From: Candidatus Limnocylindrales bacterium
GTDB taxonomy: Bacteria > Chloroflexota > Limnocylindria > Limnocylindrales > CSP1-4
NCBI GenBank assembly: GCA_039925225.1
Contig: JBDSZH010000061.1
Location: forward strand, 1-39,944
DNA length: 39,944 nt
Reading direction: 5' to 3'
Shown: positions 9,108-17,318 of the stretch, piece by piece
Layout: each line of letters starts with the position of its first letter
How positions within the stretch are numbered: position 1 is the stretch's first letter
Program-made: the position numbers and the translations under genes
Notes under the pieces: model-generated
Seen by the model: the letters and a program-made list of their open reading frames with translations, nothing else
Told to the model about the DNA's origin: nothing
Database searches by the model: none

Positions 9108-9292
9108 GGCCCCATCATGGCAGGCTCGAAGCCCGGATTCCACTCCCTCAGGCGAGTAGCCGCTCCGCGACCGTTTCCGGCCCGCCGCGCCGCCGCCGAT
9201 CACCGCGAGGTCGAGTGGCTCCACACGGCCGATCCCTAGCCAAGTACCGTGTGGGAGATGGCCACCACCGAACTCGCGCATCAGGTGAGCCC

Positions 9293-9778
9293 GTGATCAC
9301 AGTTCGGCGAGCGACCGCTCTGGATGCAGCTGCGATTGCCGAAGTGTTCCTCGGCTCCTTTCGCGCGACGTATGACTTCCCGCTCGCTCATACCGATGAC
9401 GAGGTGCGCGGCTGGTGGCGCGACCGCGTCGTGCCGACGATGGAAACCTGGATCGCGGTCGACGATGCGGCTGACCCAGCCGACGCCCGCGCGCTCGGCG
9501 CCCTCGGCGCCCTCGGCCAGGTTGTGGCGCTGATGGTCGTGGCGCCGGGCCACCTGGAGCAGCTGTACGTGGCGCCGGATCGGTTGGGTGGCGGCATCGG
9601 GCGGCGGCTCCTGGAGCTCGCCAAGGAGCGTTCCCCCGCCGGGTTGAGCCTGTGGACCTTCCAGGTCAACCACCGAGCCCGCCGCTTCTACGAGCGCAAC
9701 GGCTTCGCGGCCGTCGAGTTCACCGACGACGACAACGAGGAGCGCCAGCCCGACGTCCGCTACGAGTGGCGCCCATAG
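9293..9778 (+). CDS. GNAT family N-acetyltransferase
   Basis: LYVAPDRLGGGIG acetyl-CoA loop and NHRARRFYERNGF. AGGTGA upstream of the GTG. Confidence 0.9.
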   Translation: MITVRRATALDAAAIAEVFLGSFRATYDFPLAHTDDEVRGWWRDRVVPTMETWIAVDDAADPADARALGALGALGQVVALMVVAPGHLEQLYVAPDRLGGGIGRRLLELAKERSPAGLSLWTFQVNHRARRFYERNGFAAVEFTDDDNEERQPDVRYEWRP

Positions 9779-9827
9779 GGTGAAAACCCGCAATGGCACG
9801 GCAGGGTCGGGCTGCGATGATGCCGGC

Positions 9828-10487
9828 GTGAATCCCATACGGCTCGCGATCGTGGACGATCATCCGGCGATCGGACTGGCCCTCCAGGCCGCGGTCGCTG
9901 TGGCAACCCTCGAGGGCTCGACCGCGGATAAGGAGCGCGAGATCCGGATCATCGGGACCGCGCGGACGCCCGAGGACGGCATCGCGCTCGTGCAGCGCGA
10001 GAGCGAGGACCGGCCGGACGTCGTCCTGTGCGACATCCAGCTGCGCGCCGGGACGGACGGGCTGCGCGTGATTGAAGCGGCCGGCGTCGCGGGCTGCCGC
10101 GCGATCGTGTTCACGTCCTTCGATCGATCCTCGCTGATGCGCGCCGCATTCGAGCGTGGCGCATCTGGCTTTCTGGACAAGGGCGTGGAGATGGCGGCGA
10201 TCCTCGCTGCGGTCCGCACGGTCGCGGACGGCGGCACAGCGTTCTCTGCTGCGGCGCTCGACGCCGCCCGCTTTGGCCCACGGTCGCCATCGGATCGCGA
10301 GATCGGCGTGCTCACCGAGCTGCACAAGGGCGCGACCAGCGACGAAATCGGTGCGCGACTGGGGATTTCCGCGCGAACGGTAGAGAGCCACCTGCGTCGG
10401 CTGTTCGACCGGTACGGCGTCGTCTCCCGCACGGAACTTGCGGTGCTCGCCCTCCGTGAGGGCTGGATCGAGTCCGGCCCCGGGTGA
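9828..10487 (+). CDS. NarL/LuxR family response regulator
   Basis: IVDDH, VVLCDI phospho-Asp, FTS, FLDK, and LuxR HTH (SDEIGARLGISARTVESHL). Confidence 0.93.
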   Translation: MNPIRLAIVDDHPAIGLALQAAVAVATLEGSTADKEREIRIIGTARTPEDGIALVQRESEDRPDVVLCDIQLRAGTDGLRVIEAAGVAGCRAIVFTSFDRSSLMRAAFERGASGFLDKGVEMAAILAAVRTVADGGTAFSAAALDAARFGPRSPSDREIGVLTELHKGATSDEIGARLGISARTVESHLRRLFDRYGVVSRTELAVLALREGWIESGPG

Positions 10488-11845
10488 TGCCGCGAGCGCG
10501 CTTCCTGCCGGCCGTGCTGGTCGCCGTGGCGCTGGGTGCTGCGGCACTGGGGCTGCGGCTGCTCTCCCCCGGCGACGGCACGGGCGCGGAGGCGACGGAC
10601 CTACTTCGACTTCTCATCGTTGGCGCGAGCCTGTGCATCGCGGCATTGCTCCGGCGGCGTGCGCCGGCCGGCGCGTGGCTGGCAACCGTCGGTGCTGGGG
10701 GCCTCGCAGCGCTCGAGGTCGTGGGCGTCGTCCGAGGCTGGCTGCCGAGCGCGGGCACGGAGCTGTCCTCGTGGCTGGTCCTTCTCGCCGAGGCGGGCCT
10801 CGTTGGCGCCGCGTCAATTGCCGGCGCATACGCGATCCGAGCTCTCAGCGGCTTCGGCACCCCCGGCGCCCCTTGGGCCAGGTGGGCGAGGTCCGCGATT
10901 GTCGCCGGCTGGGTCGCCGTCGTGGCGGTCGCGGTGTGGGCGATCCCGATGCCGCTGGCCGGGGATCCATCGCCACTGCGCGTCAGTGGGCGCCTCGCCG
11001 CAGGCTTCGTGGCAATCGCCGGGCTCATCGGCCTGCGGGGCGATCTCGCGGCGCCGATTCACCGCGCCCGCGCCCGTACAACCAACCTCTTGGAATTGCC
11101 GCGCCTCCTGCTGGAGGAGCTGCTGCCCGGATCGGAGGACATGCGTAGGCGGCTTCGCGAGGAGGAGCGCGCCCAGCTCGCCGCGGACCTGCACGCGCGC
11201 GTCCTGCCGGACCTGCGCCGCGCCGCCGACGCCGCGGACGCCGCAGATGCAGCGGGGGCCGTCGAGGCGAACCGAGCGGCCTCGGATTCTGTTGGCAGCG
11301 GCTTGCGCCAGACGCTCGAGAACGTGGAGCAGCTGATGCATGCGCGGCAGTCCGTGGTGCTTGAGGAGTACGGGCTTGTTGCGGCGCTGGAGTGGCTCGC
11401 CGAGCGCACGCAGGGCCGCAATGAGGGCGGCAATGGGGGCCGGCCACCCCTGGTGGTCGATCTCGAGCTGGACGGCTCCACGATCGATGATCCTGCGAGC
11501 GTCCCCAAGCCGGTAGCCCGTGCCGCCTTTCGTGTGGCGCTGCTCGCACTCGACAACGTGGTCCGCCACGCCGCCGCGTCCCGGGCGGCGCTGCGACTCA
11601 TGGTCGACGCGGGCCGGCTGTGGCTGACGGTCTCGGACGACGGTCGCGGCTTCGATCCCGGTGTCGCCGCCCGCGGCGGTCGGGGCCTGACCGATATGCG
11701 ATCGGCCGCCGCCGAGATCGGCGCCCATGTCAGCGCGTCATCATCCGAGCGCGGCACGGAGATCGAGCTGACGTGGTCCGTTGCGGGAGACCACGCAATG
11801 GGATCGGGTGGTTCTCCGGCTCGCCCAGGCCGCTCCCCTGCCTGA
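10487..11845 (+). CDS. Membrane sensor histidine kinase (HisKA_3/NarX-like)
   Basis: About 6 TM helices; EERAQLAADLH H-box; NVVRHA N-box; VSDDGRGF and GRGL G-boxes. GTGATG overlap with the regulator stop. Confidence 0.88.
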   Translation: MPRARFLPAVLVAVALGAAALGLRLLSPGDGTGAEATDLLRLLIVGASLCIAALLRRRAPAGAWLATVGAGGLAALEVVGVVRGWLPSAGTELSSWLVLLAEAGLVGAASIAGAYAIRALSGFGTPGAPWARWARSAIVAGWVAVVAVAVWAIPMPLAGDPSPLRVSGRLAAGFVAIAGLIGLRGDLAAPIHRARARTTNLLELPRLLLEELLPGSEDMRRRLREEERAQLAADLHARVLPDLRRAADAADAADAAGAVEANRAASDSVGSGLRQTLENVEQLMHARQSVVLEEYGLVAALEWLAERTQGRNEGGNGGRPPLVVDLELDGSTIDDPASVPKPVARAAFRVALLALDNVVRHAAASRAALRLMVDAGRLWLTVSDDGRGFDPGVAARGGRGLTDMRSAAAEIGAHVSASSSERGTEIELTWSVAGDHAMGSGGSPARPGRSPA

Positions 11846-11859
11846 TCCTGCGGGCTAGT

Positions 11860-11898
11860 GGCCCACCTTGGCCGGGCCCACCCTGGCCGGGCCTACCC
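11860..11898. repeat. 15-bp direct repeat (2.6 copies) upstream of the pilin-like gene
   Basis: ggcccaccttggccg / ggcccaccctggccg / ggcctaccc. Confidence 0.7.
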
Positions 11899-11912
11899 AT
11901 CGGAGAACGTCG

Positions 11913-12083
11913 ATGTCGGAGCGATCCCTATCCCTCATCCAACGCGTCAGAAATGTGCTCGATCGCGGGCTCTGGGAGGTCGTCGCGATCCTCGTCCTGA
12001 TCGCCCTGGTCTCGCTCGCTGCGCTGGCGCTTTTGCAGAGCCAGGTCAGCGAGGTCCTGTCGACGGTGAGCCACTCCGTCTAG
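11913..12083 (+). CDS. Flp/type IVb pilin-like small protein (degenerate Flp motif)
   Basis: 56 aa; charged leader, then RG-LWEVVAILVLIALVSLAAL hydrophobic helix and amphipathic tail SQVSEVLSTVSHSV. GGAG SD. Confidence 0.6.
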   Translation: MSERSLSLIQRVRNVLDRGLWEVVAILVLIALVSLAALALLQSQVSEVLSTVSHSV

Positions 12084-12109
12084 CCCGCGCAAACGGGCGC
12101 GAGTTGGCG

Positions 12110-12469
12110 CTAGGTCGTCGCCTCGCCCGCCTCGACATCCTCATCCGCTGCTGCGGGCGCCTCGTGCTCGACCTGGCTGAGGTGGCTGACTTCCACGATG
12201 CGTGGGTCGCCGTCGCGATCCTTCCAGCGGGTCTGGAGTTCCGTCTCGTTCGCCTCACCGACGACGCGCAGGACCACCACGATGGCTGACGCGCCACGCT
12301 CCATGGAGGAGATCGTCGCCTCCGTCGCCGGGAGCGGGAGCATGGCAACGACCTCGCCGAGGTTGCGCTTGAGCTCGTCGCTCAGGTACTCGATGGCCCC
12401 ATCGACATTGCCTGCGACAAGTGCGGCGCATACCTGCTCGGCCGCGGCTCGGACGTCATCTTCATTCAT
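12110..12469 (-). CDS. Hypothetical protein (NTF2/SnoaL-like alpha+beta pattern)
   Basis: MNEDDVRAAAEQVCAALVAGNVDGAIEYLS helix pattern followed by beta strands. TACGAT lies 6 nt before the ATG. Confidence 0.7.
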   Translation of the reverse strand: MNEDDVRAAAEQVCAALVAGNVDGAIEYLSDELKRNLGEVVAMLPLPATEATISSMERGASAIVVVLRVVGEANETELQTRWKDRDGDPRIVEVSHLSQVEHEAPAAADEDVEAGEATT

Positions 12470-12561
12470 GCGCCCATCGTAGACCCGATACGCGGGAGTA
12501 CCCAGATCGGGCACCATTGGGCGACTTCGTTCGGCGCCACCCCGCCAGCCCAGGAGGATCC

Positions 12562-13182
12562 ATGACGGACCAGCCCACACCTCGGACGCCGGAGCCGCCA
12601 CCCATGACCGCGGACCCCTCGATGACCGCGGATCCATCAATGTCTGCGGAGCCCCCGCCGATGGCCCCGCCCGCGGCGATCGACATGCCGGCGCCGCCAC
12701 CGGCCTACGTTCCACCACCCGCTGCTGCCCCAGCCAAGCCCGGTGGCATGCGGGCCGTGATCATCGTCGGGCTCATCGTCGCCTTCCTGGCCGTCGTGCT
12801 GTACGTGGTCAAGGACAGTGGCGCGGCGGACGATCTCAAGGTCGGCGACTGCTTCGACATTCCGACCGCATCCACCATCAAGACGGTCACGCATCACCCC
12901 TGCACGGAACCGCACGGGGCGGAGGTGTTTCACGTCGTCGAGTTCAGCGGCAGCGACATGACCACGCCGCTCACGTTCGTGATCGAGAGTTTCGCGGACG
13001 CGACCTGCACCCCGGTGTTCGCGACCTACACCGGCATCGAATTCGACAACGCGCCGGACCTGAACTTCGGCTGGTTCTACCCGACGGTAGAGAGCTGGCA
13101 GAGCGGCGATCGGACGATCACCTGCTACATCACGAGGGTGGACGAGACTCCGATGACGACGTCGGTGAAGGCGGGCGCGTAA
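12562..13182 (+). CDS. Septum-formation family membrane protein
   Basis: Pro-rich N-terminus, one TM helix, LKVGDCF, PCTEPHGAEV and YPTVESWQSGDRTITC motifs. AGGAGG SD. Confidence 0.8.
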   Translation: MTDQPTPRTPEPPPMTADPSMTADPSMSAEPPPMAPPAAIDMPAPPPAYVPPPAAAPAKPGGMRAVIIVGLIVAFLAVVLYVVKDSGAADDLKVGDCFDIPTASTIKTVTHHPCTEPHGAEVFHVVEFSGSDMTTPLTFVIESFADATCTPVFATYTGIEFDNAPDLNFGWFYPTVESWQSGDRTITCYITRVDETPMTTSVKAGA

Positions 13183-13219
13183 CAGTCCATGTCGCCGACC
13201 TGACGGCGGGCCTCGCCTG

Positions 13220-13789
13220 ATGTCAGCCCTCTCCGACGCGCCCCTGGTGGAGTGGCAGGATCGCACCGCGTGGCGCGCGTGGCTGGAGGCCAATCACGCG
13301 TCCTCGACGGGCGCGTGGCTCGTGATGAACCGGCGGGATGCCCGGGCGAGCCTGTACGAGTCCGCGGTCGAGGAAGCCCTGTGCTTCGGCTGGATCGACA
13401 GCACGGCCGGCCGCGTGGATGACGAGCGCGGCAAGCTGTACTTCGCGCCGCGCAAGGCCGGCAGTGGCTGGGCGGCCACGAACAAGGCACGACTCCAGCG
13501 GTTGCTTGCGGAGGGCCGGATGGCGCCGGCGGGACTTGCCGCGATCGAGCGGGCGAAGGCGAATGGCTCGTGGGCGCTGCTGGACAGCGTGGAGCGCCTG
13601 GAGATACCGGCGGATCTCGCGGAGGCGCTGGCTGACCAACCACCGGCCGCCGCGAATTTCGCCGCGTGGCCCCCGAGCGTTCGAAAGCAGGCCCTGACCT
13701 CACTCGCGTACGCCAAACGCCCCGAGACGCGCCTGGCGCGGATCCGCAAGCTCGCCGATGGTGCCGAACGGAACGTCCGCCCTGTCTAA
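13220..13789 (+). CDS. YdeI/OmpD-associated family protein
   Basis: AWRAWLEANH, EEALCFGWIDS, PRKAGSGW, AKRPETRLARI. Confidence 0.9.
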   Translation: MSALSDAPLVEWQDRTAWRAWLEANHASSTGAWLVMNRRDARASLYESAVEEALCFGWIDSTAGRVDDERGKLYFAPRKAGSGWAATNKARLQRLLAEGRMAPAGLAAIERAKANGSWALLDSVERLEIPADLAEALADQPPAAANFAAWPPSVRKQALTSLAYAKRPETRLARIRKLADGAERNVRPV

Positions 13790-13825
13790 AACCTCTGACC
13801 CCGGCGCGCCGTACCCTGTGGCCCC

Positions 13826-15289
13826 GTGACCACTTCCATCGACCTTTTGGACGTCCTGCGCGGCGGCCTCCCGCGCACTGACGGTGCCGCATCCCGCCAC
13901 GTGGTCATCGTGGGTGCCGGGATCGCCGGCCTCACCGCCGGCCTGCTGCTCAAGGAGGCGGGGCACAAGGTCACCATCCTGGAAGCGCGCAACCGCCTCG
14001 GCGGCCGGATCTATACCTACCGCGGCTTCGCCGGGAAGATGTACGGCGAGTTCGGGGCGATGCGCTTCCCCCGCCAGCACCGGCTGGGGCAGCACCTCAT
14101 CCACGATCGCTTCAAGCTGCCAACCAAGCCATTCGGCATGGACGACCAGGACACGTTCATCTACCTGCACGGGAAGGCGATCCGCCGGAGCGACTTCGGA
14201 GCCGGCAGCTTCGACGTCCCGCTGGCGCCAACGGAGCAGGGCAAGGCCCCCGCCGAGATCCTCAAAGCGGCGATGGCCCCACTCATCGAGTTGGCAGAGC
14301 AGCCGGACGGCTGGAACCAGATCATCGAGCGCTACGACAGGTACTCCCTCCTCGGCTACCTCAACGAGCGCGGCGTCAGCGAGGCGGCACTTTGGCTGCT
14401 GGGGCCGCTGTTCAACATCGAGGGGCGCTTCCACTTCTCGCTCGTCGAGTGGTTTGCCCATTGGCACGATGACATCTTCGGCGACCTCGAGTACATCGAC
14501 GCCGGTGCGGACACCCTGTCCGACGCGTTCTCCCCAGCCCTCATGTCGGACACCCGCCTGGGCGCCGAGGTCCATGCCATCGAGCAGCGAGCCGACGACG
14601 TCACGGTCCACTTCAAGGATTCCGTGGGGACGCAGGGATCGGTGACGGCGGACGAGTGCATCCTCACCGTTCCACTGGTTCTCCTGCGGCACATGGAGAT
14701 CAGCGGCCTCGACGTCGAGAAGTGGTTCACGATCCGCAACGTGTACTACGGCCGGGCGCACAAGATCTTCATGCAGTTCAGCCGGCGCTGGTGGGTCGAC
14801 GACTACGCGATCACCCATGGCATCACGGTCACGGATCTCGCGATCCGGAACGTGGTCTATACCCCAGCGGGGCAGGATCCCTCGATCGACAAGGGCGTGA
14901 TCATCGCGTCCTACGCCTGGGAGCAGGACTCCATGGCGTACTCGATGCTGGACGAGCCGGAGCGCATCGCCCAGGCACTCCAGGACCTGGCCAAGATCCA
15001 CCCCGAGGCGGCCGATACGTTCGAGTTCGGGATCTCGCACGACTGGGCGCTCGACCGTCACGGGGGTGGCATCGGCCCGCTATTCCGGCCGCTGGAGATG
15101 TCGAGTCGCTTCTACGACGACATCGTCCGGCCAGTCGGGCGCTTGTGGTTCGCCAACGACGCCTCCAGCCGGCTCGCCCGCCGCTGGATCGAGGGCGCCA
15201 TCGAGTCGGCGATCACGAATGCCTACGCGATCAACGCCGGCATGCGCAATGCGCTGCCGTCGGTCTCACCGCCTGCCCACGAGACCTGA
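13826..15289 (+). CDS. Flavin monoamine oxidase / L-amino-acid oxidase family protein
   Basis: VVIVGAGIAG, LEARNRLGGR, EFGAMRFP, WIEGAIES. TACCCT lies 8 nt before the GTG. Confidence 0.9.
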   Translation: MTTSIDLLDVLRGGLPRTDGAASRHVVIVGAGIAGLTAGLLLKEAGHKVTILEARNRLGGRIYTYRGFAGKMYGEFGAMRFPRQHRLGQHLIHDRFKLPTKPFGMDDQDTFIYLHGKAIRRSDFGAGSFDVPLAPTEQGKAPAEILKAAMAPLIELAEQPDGWNQIIERYDRYSLLGYLNERGVSEAALWLLGPLFNIEGRFHFSLVEWFAHWHDDIFGDLEYIDAGADTLSDAFSPALMSDTRLGAEVHAIEQRADDVTVHFKDSVGTQGSVTADECILTVPLVLLRHMEISGLDVEKWFTIRNVYYGRAHKIFMQFSRRWWVDDYAITHGITVTDLAIRNVVYTPAGQDPSIDKGVIIASYAWEQDSMAYSMLDEPERIAQALQDLAKIHPEAADTFEFGISHDWALDRHGGGIGPLFRPLEMSSRFYDDIVRPVGRLWFANDASSRLARRWIEGAIESAITNAYAINAGMRNALPSVSPPAHET

Positions 15290-15449
15290 ACGCTAGCCGG
15301 GCGGGCACCGCTGTCAGCCCGGATCGCGGCAGTCCATCTGCTCGGGGTAGCGGGCATCCGGACGGGCGACACCCTGCCTCTGTGCGAAGATGACAGCGCG
15401 TCGGGAGCCGCTCCGTTCAATCTGCCTCCCATCCCCGGGAGCGCCAACC

Positions 15450-16118
15450 ATGCTGTTGCTACGTCGCGCTGCGCCCATCGTCGTCCTGGTCTTGCTGATC
15501 GCCGCCTGTTCGGCGCCGGCGGCAACGTCGAGCGGCAACCCACCGGTGACATCGGCCTCAGTCGGACCGGCCGCGACCGGCGCCGCTCCCACCGCCGCCG
15601 CTCCCACGGCCGCTGCGGCCCTTTCGCTGGCGGACCTCGGCGGGACCTGGACCTTCGTGCCGAGCAACCCGCGCGTCCTTGCGGCGACGGGCGATCAAGT
15701 GGGTGGGACCGTCGTCATCAACGGCGATCGGTATAAATTCTCGTACGGGTCCGGGCTGAATGTCGGCAGCTCCGAGGGACCGATCGACTTCGAGGGGACG
15801 AAGGACGTCACCTGCAAGACATCCTCGTGCAGCTTCGAGGGCGTGCCAATCCACCAGCTCTTCCTCGTGGACGGCGAGCTGGCCATCCTGAACGCGGGAA
15901 CGCTCACGCCACTCGGAACTTTCGGTGACGGTTGTCCTGGCTGGCAGGATCTTCCCGGCGGCGGCACGGTGACCGTCGTATCGACGGGTCTCGTGTCCGG
16001 GCAGGAGGTACCGACCGTCGTCCAGTTCATCGATGGCGATGCGGGCGGCGTCGGGACGGCATGCGAGGGCGGTAGCCACGTCGTGGCCTGGGACGTGACC
16101 GCCACGCGGCAGCCCTAG
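15450..16118 (+). CDS. Putative lipoprotein
   Basis: Signal peptide with lipobox LIAAC, Ala/Pro/Thr linker, beta-rich Cys-containing domain. Confidence 0.7.
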   Translation: MLLLRRAAPIVVLVLLIAACSAPAATSSGNPPVTSASVGPAATGAAPTAAAPTAAAALSLADLGGTWTFVPSNPRVLAATGDQVGGTVVINGDRYKFSYGSGLNVGSSEGPIDFEGTKDVTCKTSSCSFEGVPIHQLFLVDGELAILNAGTLTPLGTFGDGCPGWQDLPGGGTVTVVSTGLVSGQEVPTVVQFIDGDAGGVGTACEGGSHVVAWDVTATRQP

Positions 16119-16161
16119 GACAAGCGACGGGCCCCAGCTCCTGATGCGCAGTTGTCGCATC

Positions 16162-17091
16162 TCAGCGCAGGATCTCCACGACGTCGCCATCTTGAACCTG
16201 GTGATCGCGACCCACGCGCTGACCCTCGAATCGCGCTGACGGGCCCCAGATCCGCGCGCCCACGAAGCTTGCCGCGATGTCCTGGTGGATCCACGTGGCG
16301 ACGTCCTCCACGGTCGCTCCCGGCGTGAGCGCGAGCGGCTCCTCGTCGGTCTCGCCGTTCGTCCGGAGCCGCACCCGGATGAGGCCGGTGAGGCGCCAAG
16401 CAGCTTCCCGGAAGGCATCGAGGCTGGCCTCGTCGATGACCGATACGACCACCATCTCCAGGTCCGGAAAGGCGGCCCGCAGCCGCTCGATTTCCTCGCG
16501 CGACGCCTCATCGGAACGGGTCGATGCCAGGAACGAGGGCTTCTCGATGCCCGCCAGGGCGACCTCGGCCACCACCGCCTGGAGCTCGCGCGGGTCGGCG
16601 TCGGGTCGGGCGCAATAGATGATCGCGTCGGCGGATCTGAGCACCCCGAGGAGCGCCCGTCCCCCACCCCGGTCCTCGGTGGCGCCCTCGATCAGCCCGG
16701 GAATCTCCACGAGCTGCACAAGCACGCCGCCAATTCGCGTTAGTGCCGGAATCGGCCGGAGCGTGGTGAACGGGTAGTCGCCCGTCTTGATCTGGATCTC
16801 GCTGAGCGCCTGGAGCAGCGAGCTCTTGCCGACGTTGGGTGGCCCAACGAGCGCGATCTGCGCGGCCCCCTCGCGCCGGACCGCGATCGAATCGCGATGC
16901 ACCGCGCTGGAGCGAACGCGCGTGTCGTCGATCTCCGCCAGCAGGGACTTGCGAAGGTCCGCGTAGGGACCGTTCTTGTAGTCCGGCAGCTCCGCGAGCA
17001 AGCTATTCACCTCGCGGATCCGTTCTCGTCCTTCTTTTCCTACGAGCCGTCGCTTCGCCACCTGGGCGAAGGTTCGATGCGGCATCGGCAT
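16162..17091 (-). CDS. DRG/OBG-family ribosome-associated GTPase with C-terminal TGS domain
   Basis: G1 GPPNVGKS, G2 YPFTT, G3-like EIPG, G4-like TRSD. TGS domain GATVEDVATWIH...ARIWGPSARFEGQRVGRDHQVQDGDVVEI, typical of DRG/Rbg proteins. Confidence 0.88.
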   Translation of the reverse strand: MPMPHRTFAQVAKRRLVGKEGRERIREVNSLLAELPDYKNGPYADLRKSLLAEIDDTRVRSSAVHRDSIAVRREGAAQIALVGPPNVGKSSLLQALSEIQIKTGDYPFTTLRPIPALTRIGGVLVQLVEIPGLIEGATEDRGGGRALLGVLRSADAIIYCARPDADPRELQAVVAEVALAGIEKPSFLASTRSDEASREEIERLRAAFPDLEMVVVSVIDEASLDAFREAAWRLTGLIRVRLRTNGETDEEPLALTPGATVEDVATWIHQDIAASFVGARIWGPSARFEGQRVGRDHQVQDGDVVEILR

Positions 17092-17199
17092 GTCGATCTC
17101 CCGTTGATCAATGGAGACGACGCGGCGCGCGCAGCCATCGCTGCGGCAGCGGCTCGCGTCCGTCCCGCCCCTTCCTCCGACGCTGGATGTGGAAGGGGC
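17092..17199 (-). promoter_or_regulatory. Attenuator-like 5' leader with three hairpins, the last sequestering the GTPase SD
   Basis: Hairpins at 17167-17199 (GCCCCTTCC/GGAAGGGGC), 17119-17160 (GACGCG/CGCGTC) and 17092-17121 (GTCG-TCTCC/GGAGA-t-CGAC, covering the GGAG SD). Confidence 0.6.
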
Positions 17200-17202
17200 C
17201 GA

Positions 17203-17271
17203 TCAGCCTGCCTGGTGGAAGATCGTGGCAGCCCACGCGTCGATCGGACGCCGGGCGAGGTAGTGGTTCAT
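17203..17271 (-). CDS. Putative leader peptide MNHYLARRPIDAWAATIFHQAG (22 aa)
   Basis: ATG lies 9 nt downstream of a TACCCT -10 box (17281-17286), the same architecture as other leaderless genes here. The stop is 3 nt before the first leader hairpin. Confidence 0.55.
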   Translation of the reverse strand: MNHYLARRPIDAWAATIFHQAG

Positions 17272-17318
17272 CGCGGCCGAAGGGTACACGACGGGCAGCC
17301 GGCTGCGGGCGCGCGGCC

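Noticed and set aside
7413-9239. 608-aa plus-strand ORF
   Set aside because: Antisense shadow of 7704..9107 running through the tandem repeat; Arg/His-rich composition typical of GC-rich reverse frames.
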